DNA of 64,000 nucleotides from an uncultured bacterium (GTDB taxonomy: Bacteria; Caldisericota; JANLFM01), in the NCBI GenBank assembly GCA_964614945.1, contig CAZTNW010000001.1, positions 30,573 to 94,572 on the forward strand, read 5' to 3'. The position numbers and the translations under genes were made by a program. The notes under the pieces were generated by a model. That model was not told the DNA's origin. It searched no databases and saw only the letters and a list, made by a program, of their open reading frames with translations. Positions 61,005 through 64,000 of this stretch are shown here, piece after piece; the first letter of the stretch is position 1, and each line of letters begins with the position of its first letter.

Positions 61005-61580
61005 ATGCTTTCGTGGGACGTGATCTTTCAGCTTATCCTTTTGGCCTTGTTCCTCGTTCTTACCGTCGGGAAAACCTTCTATTTGAGGTGGGCCAAGCAG
61101 GTCAACGCGATTGTCTTGGGGCGAAGCGCAAGGGGTTCGGTAGAGATCCTAATTTTGGCCACTCTTATCTGGGTGGTTGTTCTGCTCAATCTTTCCGCCG
61201 GCTTTGGCCGAAAGGTTTCTCCAATGGCCGGGAACTATCCCCGTGGAGCTTACCCTGGTCCTGTTCGGCTTTGCCTTTTTTGGAAGCCCTGATTCAATTG
61301 GAAACTTGTGGAGGCTTGGCATTGATGAGAAATACCCGGGGAAACTTGTGACAAAAGGAATTTATGCCTTTACGCGCAACCCCATCTATCTTTTTTTTCA
61401 TCTTTATTTCCTGGGCACTTTCTTCTTGAGAGATTCCGCTATTACCTGTTATTTTTCTCGATCATGGCCCTTTTACTTCATTTAGAGATTGTGCGGGAGG
61501 AAAAATATCTCCTCAGAGTCCACGGGATCATTATGCTAAATATTGCAAGAAGACCGGTAGTACTGGACCTGGAGTATTAA
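61005..61580 (+). pseudogene. isoprenylcysteine carboxyl methyltransferase (ICMT/PEMT) family membrane methyltransferase disrupted by multiple frameshifts
   Basis: N-terminal TM helices lie in frame A (61005-61230). The family signature LVTKGIYAFTRNPIYLFFHLYFLG lies in frame B. The C-terminal EEKYLL and HYAKYCKKTG motifs lie in two further frames. Confidence 0.55.
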
Positions 61581-61664
61581 TTCACCCCACTCTCTCGGCT
61601 AAATCAAGCCTTCCTCCTGAGTCAATAGACAGGAAAATAGGAAACCCTTAAAATTCCAAGCAAA

Positions 61665-61748
61665 GCCGGGGTGGCGGAACAGGCAGACGCAGCGGACTTA
61701 AAATCCGCTTCCCGCGAGGGAGTACCGGTTCGATTCCGGTCCCCGGCA
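61665..61748 (+). tRNA. tRNA-Leu (TAA), class II with a long variable arm
   Basis: The anticodon loop is CUUAAAA, the variable arm is long, and the acceptor is GCCGGGG/CCCCGGC. CCA is not encoded. Confidence 0.85.
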
Positions 61749-61762
61749 CTTTCGCTTGAAAC

Positions 61763-62404
61763 TTAAAGTCTTTGCGCCAGGAGCCTTGCCCAGGCATGAC
61801 GGTGTGGTGAAGAGTAGCGGTAGTCCAAAGAATCGCCTTCCGCATAGTAGATTACTTTCAAATCGGAAAAATAAGAGCGTAGTTCACCGGGGGAAAAGAA
61901 GTAGAGATGGCCACCATCACGGGTAAGAAAATGCCCTATACCCTGTGCTTTCAATCGCATCTGCGCGGCAAAGTGACCAGGATCTTGCTCGGTGTAGGCA
62001 GCACAGGCAAGAAGACCGCCGGATTTAAGTCCCGAAGAAATCGAGTTAGCCAGTTCAGCAATTTTCTCAGGAGGGAAAAAGGTGAGGGACCAGAAAGAGC
62101 ATATCAGCTCGTAAAAATTCTCAGAGATGGGGAATTGAGCCAAATCCAGACGATAAGTTTTAATCTTTAAGCTTTCCTCCCTCGCCCTTTCCTTGAGGCG
62201 ATTGATCGCTAAACGGGAAGCATCGACTGCAGTCATCTCAAGACCCAAGCGGGCGAGAAAGATTGTCTCCCTCCCCTCTCCCATACCTAAATCCAGGCCG
62301 ATCCCCCGCCGAGGAAGCAGGAATTGATGGGATAGAAGGAGATCGTCGGGCCGTTCTCTCCATTGGTCTGTTCTCTCTTCATATAGGTTTTGCCTGGAGT
62401 TCAT
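61763..62404 (-). CDS. class I SAM-dependent methyltransferase (TehB-like)
   Basis: It has the motif GLDLGMGEGRETIFLARLG and a Rossmann MTase fold, at 213 aa. Confidence 0.75.
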   Translation of the reverse strand: MNSRQNLYEERTDQWRERPDDLLLSHQFLLPRRGIGLDLGMGEGRETIFLARLGLEMTAVDASRLAINRLKERAREESLKIKTYRLDLAQFPISENFYELICSFWSLTFFPPEKIAELANSISSGLKSGGLLACAAYTEQDPGHFAAQMRLKAQGIGHFLTRDGGHLYFFSPGELRSYFSDLKVIYYAEGDSLDYRYSSPHRHAWARLLAQRL

Positions 62405-62452
62405 GGCATAATTATTATAATTCCCTTGGTAAGGAAATTCAGGAGGTGCGAG

Positions 62453-62896
62453 GTGTTTAAAAAGATCTTGGTTCCTGTTGATGGGTCAGAGGAAGCGCAA
62501 AAGGCTGTGGAAACAGCCAGGGAGCTCGCTAAATGCGCCCAAAGCGAGGTCACTCTTCTCTATGTCCTGGCTCCCCTTACTATGGTGGCTACCGCCGCTC
62601 CTGGTGAGGAAAGGATTCTTTCTGCAATCCCCGAATTGCTGGTCTTCCGCCAAAATGAGGGAAATGCCATCCTGAAAGAAATGGTCAGCAAGTTTGCGGA
62701 TTCTGGCATCGAACCGAAAAGGAAGATGATAGAGGGCCATCCAGCTCGATCTATTCTCTCTCTGGCCAAAGAGGAAAATTTCGAGCTCATCATAATGGGC
62801 TCTCGCGGCCTTTCACGCATTGCAGGCTTTCTTCTGGGATCGATCAGTGATGCGGTTGTCCATCATGCTCACTGCCCGGTTTTGATCGTGAGATAA
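62453..62896 (+). CDS. universal stress protein (UspA family)
   Basis: It has ILVPVDGSEEAQKA and the C-terminal motif GSRGLSRIAGFLLGS. The GTG at 62453 follows AGGAGGTG. Confidence 0.8.
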   Translation: MFKKILVPVDGSEEAQKAVETARELAKCAQSEVTLLYVLAPLTMVATAAPGEERILSAIPELLVFRQNEGNAILKEMVSKFADSGIEPKRKMIEGHPARSILSLAKEENFELIIMGSRGLSRIAGFLLGSISDAVVHHAHCPVLIVR

Positions 62897-62953
62897 AGAG
62901 GCGCACGAGGAGAACTTGTCGCTCTCTCCCTCTTTCTATATGATTACCCCGTT

Positions 62954-63442
62954 ATGCTGATTCGTGTCGTGGATATCAGAAAAGTAATCGGGCAGACTCT
63001 ATCAGTTCCACTCTTCCTGACTCCCAGGGCACTGGATTCAATAAAACTCCTTTCCCCGATTGAGGGGGAGATTCTCGTAGAGAATCAGGGGAGCAGGCTG
63101 CTCGTAAAGGGAAGCATCAAGACCACAGCCGAACTCGAATGTGTTCGCTGTCTTGCACCCTTTCCTTATTTGGTCGAGGTTTCTTTTGCGGAGAACTTCG
63201 TCGAGGGGAATGCTCCTTCGATCGGGGACGACGCTGTCCTTACCGAGGAAGAGCTGGATACTTTTTACTTTCAGGGCGAATCACTGGATCTGAGTGAGCC
63301 GATCAGGGATCATATCCTGCTCTCTCTACCGTGGATACCACTGTGTAAGAAGGACTGTCTTGGATTGTGCCAGTTTTGCGGTATAAACTTGAATTTCAAG
63401 AAGTGCAGCTGTTCTACCTCTGGCGCCGAGCAGATATCATGA
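62954..63442 (+). CDS. yceD: YceD/DUF177 family protein (large-subunit rRNA accumulation protein)
   Basis: Its Cys-rich C-terminus and its position immediately upstream of rpmF-plsX match conserved synteny. Confidence 0.8.
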   Translation: MLIRVVDIRKVIGQTLSVPLFLTPRALDSIKLLSPIEGEILVENQGSRLLVKGSIKTTAELECVRCLAPFPYLVEVSFAENFVEGNAPSIGDDAVLTEEELDTFYFQGESLDLSEPIRDHILLSLPWIPLCKKDCLGLCQFCGINLNFKKCSCSTSGAEQIS

Positions 63443-63460
63443 TGAGAAGGAGGAGTACTT

Positions 63461-63670
63461 TTGGGAGTTCCTAAGAAGAAAAAAACCACCACGAAAATCG
63501 GAAGTCGTCAGTCTCACCAGCGCCTTCCCTCTCCAACCTTAGTGGAGTGCTCTCACTGTCATAAGCTGATGGCACCGCATCGCGTTTGCCCTCATTGTGG
63601 TTATTATGAGGATAGACACGAGGTAGAGATCAAGGTTAAAGAGCACAAGAAAAAGATAAGAGGGAGATAG
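63461..63670 (+). CDS. rpmF: 50S ribosomal protein L32 (Zn-ribbon form)
   Basis: The product reads MGVPKKKTTTKIGSRQSHQRL...CSHCHKL...CPHCGYY. Confidence 0.85.
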   Translation: MGVPKKKKTTTKIGSRQSHQRLPSPTLVECSHCHKLMAPHRVCPHCGYYEDRHEVEIKVKEHKKKIRGR

Positions 63671-63671
63671 C

Positions 63672-64000
63672 ATGTTAGTCCGCATCGCCCTGGACTTAAT
63701 GGGCGGTGATTTCGCTCCCGCGGAGATTTTGCAAGGAGCGAAAGATTTCGTAGAGGCAAACCAGGTTGTCCTTTCTCTTGTCGGGTCTAATTTTGCGACG
63801 GAGCAAAAGGAGTGGAAAATCGGACCCGAATCTTCTTCTATTTGGGTTTCAGCGAGCGAGAAGGTCGGCATGAAAGAGATTCCCTCCCTTTCGCTGCGCA
63901 AGAAGGATTCCTCGATTCAGGTAGGCTTGAGGTTGCTTAAAGAAGAGAGGGCGGATGCCTTTGTCTCTGCCGGGAACACAGGCGCCATAATGGCCGCAAG
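63672..64000 (+). CDS. plsX: phosphate acyltransferase PlsX; 3' end truncated by the window edge
   Basis: The N-terminus reads MLVRIALDLMGGDFAP...VSAGNTGAIMAA, and the gene runs off the window. Confidence 0.85.
   Translation, partial: MLVRIALDLMGGDFAPAEILQGAKDFVEANQVVLSLVGSNFATEQKEWKIGPESSSIWVSASEKVGMKEIPSLSLRKKDSSIQVGLRLLKEERADAFVSAGNTGAIMAA

Noticed and set aside
60725-61006. A 93-aa minus-strand ORF spanning the tRNA-Gly and tRNA-Cys region.
   Set aside because: It overlaps two well-folding tRNA genes, so it is an artefact.

Overview
This is a gene-dense chromosomal core region, about 55% GC, with a Firmicutes/Clostridia-like gene order. The syntenic blocks include remA-gmk-rpoZ-priA-fmt-rlmN, asp23-yloV-recG-rsmD-coaD, rel-dtd-tRNA-pbp1A-asnS-hisS, queA-tgt-secDF, ruvCAB-yebC, efp-asp23-nusB, ispA-dxs-nadK-recN, yabE-ksgA-ispE and yceD-rpmF-plsX. 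Beyond these there are seven tRNAs (Ala, Val, Asp, Phe, Gly, Cys, Leu), a TPP riboswitch with its own terminator upstream of a thiT-thiN salvage operon, and two decayed genes (a VOC/glyoxalase and an ICMT-family methyltransferase), each lying next to a tRNA. An operon buk-ptb-[P-loop kinase-like ORF]-ferredoxin-OFOR alpha/beta/gamma encodes a 2-oxoacid fermentation module that yields ATP. The most unusual locus is 53.7-59.0 kb on the minus strand. It holds two translationally coupled paralogues that share a PEP-synthase/PPDK-type N-terminal ATP-grasp domain and a C-terminal domain with a divergent phosphohistidine-like motif, G[ST]HFFQ[DN]L, and both lack the PEP/pyruvate TIM-barrel domain. 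One paralogue carries a pseudo-receiver plus a canonical receiver domain at its N-terminus, so it reads as a response regulator whose output is a dikinase-like phosphotransferase. The pair is bracketed by two glutamate dehydrogenase genes. Further points are a PriA whose Walker A, Walker B and arginine-finger motifs are all degenerate, two ORFs with no canonical start codon, a terminator-like leader directly abutting the start of a CDF metal transporter (a candidate metal-sensing attenuator or riboswitch), and a structured 180-nt gap downstream of hisS that could hold a small RNA. No CRISPR array, transposase or prophage was seen.
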